A DNA stretch of 32,000 nt from Candidatus Heimdallarchaeota archaeon (GTDB lineage Archaea; Asgardarchaeota; Heimdallarchaeia; Heimdallarchaeales; Heimdallarchaeaceae). The position numbers and the translations under genes were made by a program. Numbering within the stretch: position 1 is the stretch's first letter; the number at the start of each line of letters is the position of its first letter. Positions 17,205 through 26,200 of this stretch are shown one piece after another. The stretch lies in NCBI GenBank assembly GCA_030668875.1, contig DAOVER010000018.1, positions 1 to 32,000 on the forward strand, given 5' to 3'. Below the pieces are notes generated by a model. The model ran no database searches, was not told the origin of the DNA, and saw nothing but the letters and a program-made list of their open reading frames with translations.

Positions 17205-18176
17205 CTATTTCTTTTTTGCTATTTTCGTAAAACACTCTTGACAATAAATGGGTTTGTCAGCTGTTGGTTTGAAAGGAATCGTTATTTCCTTATTACATTC
17301 TCTACAAGTAGTTTGGTGCATCCTTTTGCTCTTTCTGTATGGTCCTGATCTATCACCAAATCTTTCTACAACTTCATCAACTTCATCTTGTACTTTAGTA
17401 GTTTCTTTTGGAGACTTAGCTTTTAGTTTTGAATCTTGGAAACACGATTTACAATAAACTGGTTTATTTCCCGAAGGTTTGAAAGGTACAGTTGTTTCTT
17501 TCTTACATTTATCACATATTACCGTATGGAGTTCTATGGATTCTCTATCTGACTGTCTTCTAGCTCTAGAGGCAATTCTCGTGGGAGACCTGCTAGAAGA
17601 ACGATCGTTAGGTCTACTTCTAGAGCGCTTGGGAAATCGACTTACCGGAGCAGATCCATCTTGTGGTTTTAACTTTTTGTAGCATTCTCTACAGTAGACT
17701 GGTTTAGTTCCTGTTGGTTTGAAAGGTACGGTAGTATTTCTATTGCAGTTACTACAAGTTGTTGTGTAAAGTTCCGGTGTCCCTCTTTCTGTGTGTCTTC
17801 TGACTCTAGCGTCATATCTTGCTCGAGAACTGTCAGAAGATCGAGAATTTGGTCTACTGCTAGAACGACTAGATAATCGTCTTACAGCACCATCTTGTGG
17901 TTTTTGTTCTTGGAAACAATCTCTACAGTAAACGGGTTTGATACCTGAAGGTTTGAACGGTACAGTAGTTTCTTTCTTACACTTAGCACAGATTACAGTA
18001 TGAAGTTCCTTGGTTCCTCTATCTGACTGTCTTCTGTCTCTAGTGTCATATCTTTTAGATGACCTATTATAAGATGATGAACCTGCTTTACTTCTAGAAC
18101 GACTTGGAGGTTTTCTTTTTGTTTGATCCTTTTCCGTATCTCTAGAACGATTGCTCCTATATTGCACAAAGCTCAA
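17205..18176 (-). CDS. Protein with four CxxC-x17-CxxC zinc-ribbon domains separated by Arg/Ser-rich linkers
   Basis: CAKC-KKETTVPFKPSGIKPVY-CRDC and three similar units. TTG start; in-frame GTG at 18167 fits the TTTAAAT at 18192-18198 better. Confidence 0.9.
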   Translation of the reverse strand: MSFVQYRSNRSRDTEKDQTKRKPPSRSRSKAGSSSYNRSSKRYDTRDRRQSDRGTKELHTVICAKCKKETTVPFKPSGIKPVYCRDCFQEQKPQDGAVRRLSSRSSSRPNSRSSDSSRARYDARVRRHTERGTPELYTTTCSNCNRNTTVPFKPTGTKPVYCRECYKKLKPQDGSAPVSRFPKRSRSRPNDRSSSRSPTRIASRARRQSDRESIELHTVICDKCKKETTVPFKPSGNKPVYCKSCFQDSKLKAKSPKETTKVQDEVDEVVERFGDRSGPYRKSKRMHQTTCRECNKEITIPFKPTADKPIYCQECFTKIAKKK

Positions 18177-18243
18177 CCCGCTTACTTGTTATTTAAATTC
18201 GACGATTTAAGTTCTGAAGTTTGTTACCTTTAAGTGAGTGAGA

Positions 18244-19734
18244 TTAACCTATGTAAACGATTGTATTATTATTGATAATATCATTTTCATCATAGTCTCC
18301 ACCAACTAAATCCGCTTCAACTTTTTTCTCAATTAGATTATTTATTATAATAATATCCTCGCAATAGTTTATCACAAAAACTTGATTATAATCTAAAGAT
18401 GTGAAATAACTATCTTGAATCAAGACATGTGAAGCATTGTACATATAGATCGCTGTGGATCCTCCAAAGGTTGTTGCATTGGAGACGTTAATGTTTGATG
18501 AATAAATTATGAAAATCGTATCAGAATAATAGTAATAACCATATGAGCCTTGAAAGAACATCACTTGAATGTCCTCAATTTCGAAATTTACCGACGAACT
18601 AATTCTCAAAGTTCCCATGTCAATTTCTACTTCTGATAATTTTACATCAAGGCAATATCTGAAATATATTCCTCCGTAATAGGTTTCAATATTGTTTATT
18701 GAGATATCAGTACAATTTGAAAAAGATATATCATATCCTTCAAAGCTACAATTTATAAGAGAAATATTGTTACATTCTGCCAGTATCATTCTTGCACTGC
18801 TTATGTCTTCACTGAGATTTAGATTACTAAATGTGACATTAACGCAATTGTAGAACAGATAATAGGGACTTTTTTCGTCTATTTCAATATTACTGCTATC
18901 TTTGATAAATTTGAATAACACACCATCGATGGTTACATTTTCAATAATTAGGTTTTCATAATATTGATTTTCATAAATTTCTATTCTCACTGTTTCTTCT
19001 TCTAGAGTGTTGTTTATCAAACTCAAACTAGTTGACCCCAAAACTTGGAACCCAGGTTCAAAAACAGGGTACCCGCTCCAATAGTGCGTATTGTTATGAA
19101 GATGGTTATTTTCAATTTGAACATATTCTGTGTGCAGAATTCTAATTCCTCTAATATTATCAAGAAGGGTGTTATTTGTAATGCTTATTCGATCATCTAC
19201 TTGATTCTTATAATCAGTAGGAGGGTACCAAGTATTTACATACAAAGCAATTTCATTAGACTGAAAAGTGTTATTATTAATAATGATATCATCACAGACG
19301 TCAGAGCGTATTGCTTGACCAGATTCTTTGAATATACAATCTTCTATCTCTACAGTACCATTGAAAATATCGAAAGCCATGATTGCGCCCCCTCGAATAT
19401 TTTCGAATAGACAATCGCTTATTTTGTAAGTATTATTGGCTAAATGGCGGAGTTCAATACCTAATTCTAGATTGAGAAAGACACAATTTTGAATAATAAA
19501 AACTTTGGAAGTGTAGGAAATTGTTATAGCTATCTGACTTTTGAACTCAATATTTTCTATTCTGTATGGATTATCTACAGTACCTTTTCCTGGTAACATA
19601 TACTTTCTGAAATCTTTATCTTCTTCTATAATTATACCGTTCTTTGGTAATTTGTAATAGGTGAGTGGAAATAGTGCAATAATGGCAATAAGTAAAATTG
19701 AATAGAATATCGTTTTCTTAGGGAATTTTCTCAT
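18244..19734 (-). CDS. Membrane-anchored right-handed parallel beta-helix (NosD/CASH-like) protein
   Basis: N-terminal TM, GKGTVDNPYRIENIEF, repeated IxNCxF/IxNNxL/IxIxN turns. Confidence 0.85.
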   Translation of the reverse strand: MRKFPKKTIFYSILLIAIIALFPLTYYKLPKNGIIIEEDKDFRKYMLPGKGTVDNPYRIENIEFKSQIAITISYTSKVFIIQNCVFLNLELGIELRHLANNTYKISDCLFENIRGGAIMAFDIFNGTVEIEDCIFKESGQAIRSDVCDDIIINNNTFQSNEIALYVNTWYPPTDYKNQVDDRISITNNTLLDNIRGIRILHTEYVQIENNHLHNNTHYWSGYPVFEPGFQVLGSTSLSLINNTLEEETVRIEIYENQYYENLIIENVTIDGVLFKFIKDSSNIEIDEKSPYYLFYNCVNVTFSNLNLSEDISSARMILAECNNISLINCSFEGYDISFSNCTDISINNIETYYGGIYFRYCLDVKLSEVEIDMGTLRISSSVNFEIEDIQVMFFQGSYGYYYYSDTIFIIYSSNINVSNATTFGGSTAIYMYNASHVLIQDSYFTSLDYNQVFVINYCEDIIIINNLIEKKVEADLVGGDYDENDIINNNTIVYIG

Positions 19735-19800
19735 AATAGCCTTCCAGAATGTACATGGTTAATTCTTGCTAATAAATGTTTATAGTATAACCTATGACAA

Positions 19801-22800
19801 TTATGATTTTAGTAATTTGTTTACTTCAGAAAAAAGTTCATCAAATCTTTGAATTTCAGATATTACTAATTTATCAAAATTGTGATCATCTGTTGGAGCA
19901 TCAGAATATTTTATTAGTTTAGTTTTTAATGGTTCAATTTCAGATATATCTTTCTTCAATTTGCTTTTTAATTGGTTTTTCCTCTTATTTGTTAAATTGT
20001 TACTCTCTTTTAACTCAAGAAGATTCTGGAATAAATTATGAAGAATTGAACGATATTTTTCCATGGTCTCTGTTTTTTCCCTTCTAAATTCAATGAAATC
20101 ATCATAGCCAATTTTTTCTGTGCTTTCCTTCGAATCCGAGCTAATAAATCCTGATTGTTGAGCTTCAATCCATTCATCTTCAAAAATGAAACCTTGCTTA
20201 TTAGCAGATAGCCATTGTTCTTTTGTAGAAAAACCAGCTAGTATTGCTGTATAAAATTCTTCTCCATATGTGAAGCCAGATGTTGAAGCTATTTTCATGT
20301 CTTTGATACATAGAAAACCATACTTTTTCCGTAAAATGTATAATCTAGATTTCAAGGATATATAGTAACCTATGATCATTATCAAAAGATAAGCTGGAAT
20401 CAAATATAAACTATATAGAACCAACCAATTATCCCATTGTTGAGGATTTTTCCCTTGCAAATATTCATTAATATTATCAATAAAATCTCCATCTGGATCT
20501 TCAGAACTATCATCAAATAGAGGATTTAATCCATATTGTACTTCCCATCCATCTATCATTAAGTCATCATCAGTGTCTGGATCCAAAGGATTGGTTTGAT
20601 AGACATGTACTTCTAATCCATCAATAAGTGTATCATTATCTGTGTCACTTAGGTTCGGATCTGTATTGTATTGATATTCACGTAAGTTACTTAGTCCATC
20701 TTCATCAGAGTCAGCTGAACTATCATCGGTTAATGGATCTAGATTGTTATTATATTCCCATCCGTCATGCATCGTATCATCATCAGTATCTCGTTTTCTT
20801 GGATTCGTACCAATATTAAATTCGATAACATTCTGCAATTCATCTCTATCAGGATCAAGTAGAGCATCATTAGCGAGAGGATTCATATTATATTGTACCT
20901 CCCACCCATCTGGCATCAAGTCATCATCTGTATCAAAATCATTTGGAATAGTATTATTTCCAAATTCATCTATATTTAGAAGTTCATCAGAATCTGGATC
21001 CTCTAAAGAATCTGTTAATAGTGGATTTAACTCATATTGTACTTCCCACCCATCTGGCATCAAGTCATCATCTGTATCATTATTTTTAGGGTCAGTAAAA
21101 TAAATGAAAATTTCATTTCCATCTATTAGCTCATCAAAATCTGTGTCGTTCAGAATAGGATTAGTTTGGTAAAGGAAAACCTCTTCTCCATCCGATATTA
21201 TGTCATTATCTGTATCATAATTAAAGGGATCTGAAAGATATTCAAATTCCATCAAATTGATTAATCCATCAGTATCATTATCTATATAAGAATCATTACT
21301 CAATGGATTTAAATTAAAATAGGTCTCCCATCCATCCTCCATTCCATCTCCGTCAGAATCAGGTAATAAAGGATCTGTTCCAAAAAGAAGTATTTCGTCC
21401 CCATCATTCAGATTATCTTCGTCTGTATCACTTCTCGAAGGATCTGTAGAGTAGATAAACACTTCATCATAATCACTTAAGTCATCATTATCCGTATCAT
21501 CTGATAAAGGATCTGTAGAATAGGTGAATTCCTCAATATTTGTGAGACCATCACTATCGGGATCTTCAAAAGTATTATTTCTTGTAGCATCTAATTTACT
21601 ATAAATTTCCCACATATCAGGTAATGAATCATTGTCAGTGTCATTTGTAGTTGGGTCTGTATTGTACAAATATACCTCAAAACCATCCTTTAAGCCATCC
21701 CCATCTGTATCTTCTTGTTTTTTATCACAGTTGAAATAACCCTCCATACAATCTACAAGGTAATCTCCGTCTGAATCAACATTATTAGTTCTAGATGGAT
21801 CTCCACCGGAACATAAATACTGATTTTTTCCTGAAGTGATTTCTCCAGAAATTTCTATACAATAAATACTAGTTGGTGTATTTAGAAATATTTCAACCTT
21901 ACCATCGTTATCAATGTCAGCACACAGAATATCGTCAGAAATTAGTTGTGGTAAGGCAAAATTCCAAAGCAATATTCCACTTTTGTCTAGACAGTTTAGT
22001 GTATTCTTGTTGAATCCAACAAGAATTTCGAGTTCATTGTCTCCGTTTAAATCTGTTATTGCTGGTTGGTTTTGTAAATCACTTCCAAGCCCAACCCCTT
22101 TATACCAGATTAGGTTACCAAAATTATCCAAACAAGTTACACTTTTAGGTTTTACTAATATTATCTCATCAATAGAGTCATTATTCAGATCAGCTACAAT
22201 GTAACCTTGAGGAACCCCGGAGCCCAACATATATTCCCACTTTACTATTCCTTCTGAGCTTAAACAGATTAGACTTTTATCAAGTGCAATATTTTTCATC
22301 AGAATAATTTCACTTGTTGATAAGTTAGTGTCCAAATTACCCATAGCAATTGGAATACTGTGCCCAGCCATAACTGGCGTACTCCACTTGAGTTCTCCAT
22401 TGCTATTTAAGCAAATTAAATCTCTTTGTGAATAAATAATCTCTAAATATCCATCTGAATCTATGTCAACAATTAAGGGATTGTTCAAGGTATATGTAAC
22501 TATTGGAGGATTATCTGCTTCGTGATCATATTCCCACACCAATGTTCCATTACTATCTAAACAAATAATATACCCATTATCTGTGCCTGTTATTATCTCT
22601 AAATACCCATCTAGATTCAAGTCACCAACAGCTATCTCTTTGCAAGGGAACGTATATTTAGAATTTCCTTCAAAAAGCCACAAGATTTCACCATTTGCAT
22701 CACAGCATGAGATTCCCCCAGAGACACCGAATATAACTTCAGGTGAAGAATCTGCATTGATGTCAGCAATGATAGTATCTGTTACTGCATTTTCTTCATT

Positions 22801-23100
22801 TTCCCATAATATCTCACCATTTTTATCTAAACACATACCACCTATTACAATCTCCAATTCTCCATCTCTGTCTATATCGGATATACACGGGGAACATTCA
22901 GTATTCATAGGATGATCTCTTACCCATCTGATTCCTAACGAATATTCATCGAAATCCTGTATCAATGAATCAAAGGTGTCTTCTTTCATACCTTTTGATG
23001 TAAATTCAGCATCGTCTAATTTTATATCAGCTGAATTATATGTTAATACAAGTAAAAGAAATAAAAAAATAGTTAATAATTTTCTCTTACCTTGATTCAT
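19801..23100 (-). CDS. P3: paralogous propeller-TSP3-TM-GF-repeat surface protein
   Basis: Same architecture; 8 propeller repeats, 19 TSP3-like repeats, TM WLVLYSLYLIPAYLLIMIIGYYI. Confidence 0.9.
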   Translation of the reverse strand: MNQGKRKLLTIFLFLLLVLTYNSADIKLDDAEFTSKGMKEDTFDSLIQDFDEYSLGIRWVRDHPMNTECSPCISDIDRDGELEIVIGGMCLDKNGEILWENEENAVTDTIIADINADSSPEVIFGVSGGISCCDANGEILWLFEGNSKYTFPCKEIAVGDLNLDGYLEIITGTDNGYIICLDSNGTLVWEYDHEADNPPIVTYTLNNPLIVDIDSDGYLEIIYSQRDLICLNSNGELKWSTPVMAGHSIPIAMGNLDTNLSTSEIILMKNIALDKSLICLSSEGIVKWEYMLGSGVPQGYIVADLNNDSIDEIILVKPKSVTCLDNFGNLIWYKGVGLGSDLQNQPAITDLNGDNELEILVGFNKNTLNCLDKSGILLWNFALPQLISDDILCADIDNDGKVEIFLNTPTSIYCIEISGEITSGKNQYLCSGGDPSRTNNVDSDGDYLVDCMEGYFNCDKKQEDTDGDGLKDGFEVYLYNTDPTTNDTDNDSLPDMWEIYSKLDATRNNTFEDPDSDGLTNIEEFTYSTDPLSDDTDNDDLSDYDEVFIYSTDPSRSDTDEDNLNDGDEILLFGTDPLLPDSDGDGMEDGWETYFNLNPLSNDSYIDNDTDGLINLMEFEYLSDPFNYDTDNDIISDGEEVFLYQTNPILNDTDFDELIDGNEIFIYFTDPKNNDTDDDLMPDGWEVQYELNPLLTDSLEDPDSDELLNIDEFGNNTIPNDFDTDDDLMPDGWEVQYNMNPLANDALLDPDRDELQNVIEFNIGTNPRKRDTDDDTMHDGWEYNNNLDPLTDDSSADSDEDGLSNLREYQYNTDPNLSDTDNDTLIDGLEVHVYQTNPLDPDTDDDLMIDGWEVQYGLNPLFDDSSEDPDGDFIDNINEYLQGKNPQQWDNWLVLYSLYLIPAYLLIMIIGYYISLKSRLYILRKKYGFLCIKDMKIASTSGFTYGEEFYTAILAGFSTKEQWLSANKQGFIFEDEWIEAQQSGFISSDSKESTEKIGYDDFIEFRREKTETMEKYRSILHNLFQNLLELKESNNLTNKRKNQLKSKLKKDISEIEPLKTKLIKYSDAPTDDHNFDKLVISEIQRFDELFSEVNKLLKS
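20436..21777 (-). repeat. 19 tandem TSP3-like repeats of P3
   Basis: From DSDGDYLVDCME to DPDGDFIDNINE; 447 codons to WDNW. Confidence 0.9.
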
Positions 23101-23122
23101 ACGTGCTGATGTTTTGTAAATT

Positions 23123-23140
23123 ACTGTTATAAACTATTCG
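23123..23140 (-). promoter_or_regulatory. BRE/TATA promoter of P3, identical to the P2 promoter
   Basis: 18/18 match to 15591-15608, with the same 23-nt offset from the ATG (23100). Confidence 0.75.
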
Positions 23141-23205
23141 AATAAGATTGTGGAAAGTAATAGCAGATTCTTAGATTCTTTTAATCCCACAATCGATTTA
23201 TCTCA

Positions 23206-26200
23206 TTACAACAGTTTGCTTAATTCGGAAACGAGTTCATCTAATCTCTGAATTTCAGTTATTACTGATTTATCAAAATTGTGATCATCTATTGGAGCAT
23301 CAGAATATATGATTAGTTTAGCTTTTAATGGCTCAATTTCAGATATGTCTTTCTTCAAGTTGTTTTTTAATTGGTTTTTTCTCTTAGCTGTTAAATTGTT
23401 ACTCTCTTTTAACTCAAGAAGATTTTGGAACAAATTATGAAGAATAAAGCGATATTTTTCCATGGTCTCTGTTTTTTCCTTTCTAAATTCAATGAAATCA
23501 TCAAAACCAATTTTTTCTGTGCTTTTCTTTGAATCCAAACTAATAAATCCTGATTGTTGAGCTTCAATCCATTCATCTTCAAAAATGAAACCTTGCTTAT
23601 TAGCGGATAGCCATTGTTCTTTTGTAGAAAAACCTGCAAGTATAGCAGTATAAAATTCATCTCCATTACTGAAACCGGATTCTGAAGCAGTTTGTAAATC
23701 CTTGTAACTTATAAAACCAAATTTCTTCCTTAAAATATAGTGCTTAGATTTCAAAAGCAGAAAGCAAGATGAGAAAATTATCAGAAGATAAGCTGGAATC
23801 AGAAAAAGACCAAATAGAACTGACCAATTATCCCATTGTTGAGGGTTTTTACCTCTTTTATATTCATCAATATTGCTTATAAAATCTCCATCTGGGTCTT
23901 CAAAACTATCGTCAACAAGAGGATTTAATTCATTTTGCACTTCCCAACCGTCTGTCATCAAGTCATCATCAGTATCCGAATCTAGTGGATTGGTTTTATA
24001 GGTGATAACTTCCAATCCATCTAGTAGAGTATCATTGTCTGTGTCATTTAGGTTCGGATCTGTGCGGTGCAGGTATTCAAGTAAGTTGCTTAATCCATCT
24101 TCATCATTATCATCAGAACCATCAGCAGTTGACGGATCTAGATTGTTATTGTATTCCCATCCATCAGGCATCCCATCATCATCAGTATCTCTTTTTCTTG
24201 GATTAGTACCAATATTAAATTCAACAACATTCTGTAATTCATCTGTATCAGGATCAAGAGGAGCATCATTAACGAGCGGATTTAATTCATATTGCACTTC
24301 CCAACCGTCTGGCATTAAATCGTCATCAGTATCAGGATTAAAAGGATCAGTATTATTGTCAAACTCATCCACATTAATGAGGTTATCATAATCGGGATCC
24401 TCCAAGGAATCTACTTCTAGGGGATTTAATGTATAATTAACTTCCCATCCGTCTGGCATCCCATCACCATCAGAATCAAAATTTATTGGATCTGTATGAG
24501 AAATAAAAATCTCATAATAATCTGTCAAATTATCATAATCAGAATCATTTAGTGTTGGATTAGTATTGTATACAAAAACTTCTACTCCATCAATTAGAAA
24601 ATCATCATCTGTATCATTATTCCAAGGGTCTGTATCATTTAAGAATTCCCCTAAATTTTCTAACAAATCGGAATCATAATCAACAAAAGAATCATTATCA
24701 AGTGGATTTAATAAATTGTGCACTTCCCACCCATCTGTCATCAAGTCATTATCAGAATCATTATTGGTAACATTGGTTCCATATAGAAGTATTTCTTCAC
24801 CATCAGATAGTCCATCGTCGTCTGAATCAAAATCTAGAGGATCAGAGGGATAAAGTGTAATTTCCTCCCAATCAGTTAAACCATCTCCATCGGAATCTTC
24901 TTCGTTTGCTAGAGTTGAATAAAGGTATTCTTCATAATTATTTAACCCATCAGAATCAAGATCATCCATTGAATCATTTATTAAAGGATCAAGAAAATTG
25001 TAGATTTCCCACCCATCTGGTAAACCATCATTGTCTGTATCATTTGTCCATGGGTCAGTATGGTAGAAATATATTTCTTCACCATCTTTCAATCCATCTG
25101 AATCACAATCTGCATTTTTGCTATTTGTTCCATAATAAATTTCTGAACTGTCATCAATGTAGTCAGCATCACTATCTATGTTATTTGATCTAGAAAATCC
25201 TCCTCTATATGTCCAATAGCTGTGAGACCCAGATGAATTTATGTTTTCTATGCTAAATCCTCCACCTTTGACAAAAATGTCAACAACATTATCTCCATCT
25301 ACATCATAAGCTAAAGGAAGTGCCCTGTTTGAATATTGCATTTTCCTATGTATCCATTCTGTGGAACCTGTATGACTTATGCAATAGATATAACTTGAAT
25401 CTGGAGACATGATAATTTCTAAAGTGTCATCACCATCAAAATCACATATTGCTAACTCACCATAATTAGGTAAATTTCCTTCTCTAAACCATAGAAGTTC
25501 TCCATTATTATCATAAAGATATAATTCATTTCTCTGATAAGGTGCAGCTAGTATCTCATTTCCTCCATCATTATCGAAATCAGCTACAAGTAGATTACCG
25601 ATATTATAGTATGCATCATCAGCTGACCATAGAAGTTCTCCTAATTTATCATAGCAGTAAAGTCTACTAGCGTGAGATTGTACTATCTCTAAATCGGTCG
25701 AATCATCGTCCAAATCTGCAATGGCTATGTCATGAGGATTGCTGTAATCATAGGTTATAGACCATAATAAGCTTCCCACATTATTCAAACACAGTAATCT
25801 ATTACTAGTAGAAATTATAATCTCAAATTCCTTATCACCATCCAAATCCATGACACATATTTGTACCTTCTGGCTGGAGTCTGGAAAATCGTAGGCCCAA
25901 AGTAAGTCACCGTGATAATCTATACAGTAAGCTAGTGCATAATTACAAGTAATTAGTTCCAGATATCCATCATTAGTAATGTCAGCTACACAAGGAGTTT
26001 GAAAAAAACCATTTTCAATTGATGTAGCGTAAAACCATTGTTGAGAAAAATCATTGTTTAGAACACTTATTCTAGTGCCACTAGTAAAGATCAAATCCAC
26101 ATTTGTGTCTTTATCTATATCTGCTACAGTAGCATAAGGATTAGAAGTACTAATAGCGTCAGCAGTTGGTAAACCATCTATCTCATAAAATCCATTTGTT

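Noticed and set aside
23146-23194. 8-bp inverted repeat GATTGTGG/CCACAATC between P4 and P3
   Set aside because: Short arms with a 33-nt spacer, not reproduced upstream of P2; compatible with chance.
12936-24391. Ser-rich plus-strand ORFs (12936-13523, 20744-21103, 24002-24391) and alternate-frame ORFs 12496-12753 and 23409-23666 recurring in several paralogs
   Set aside because: These are antisense or out-of-frame shadows of Asp-rich repeat codons; their recurrence follows from paralog similarity.
9260-25176. CRISPR-like or non-coding repeat array
   Set aside because: All periodic sequence is in-frame protein repeat coding; there are no constant repeats with unique spacers.
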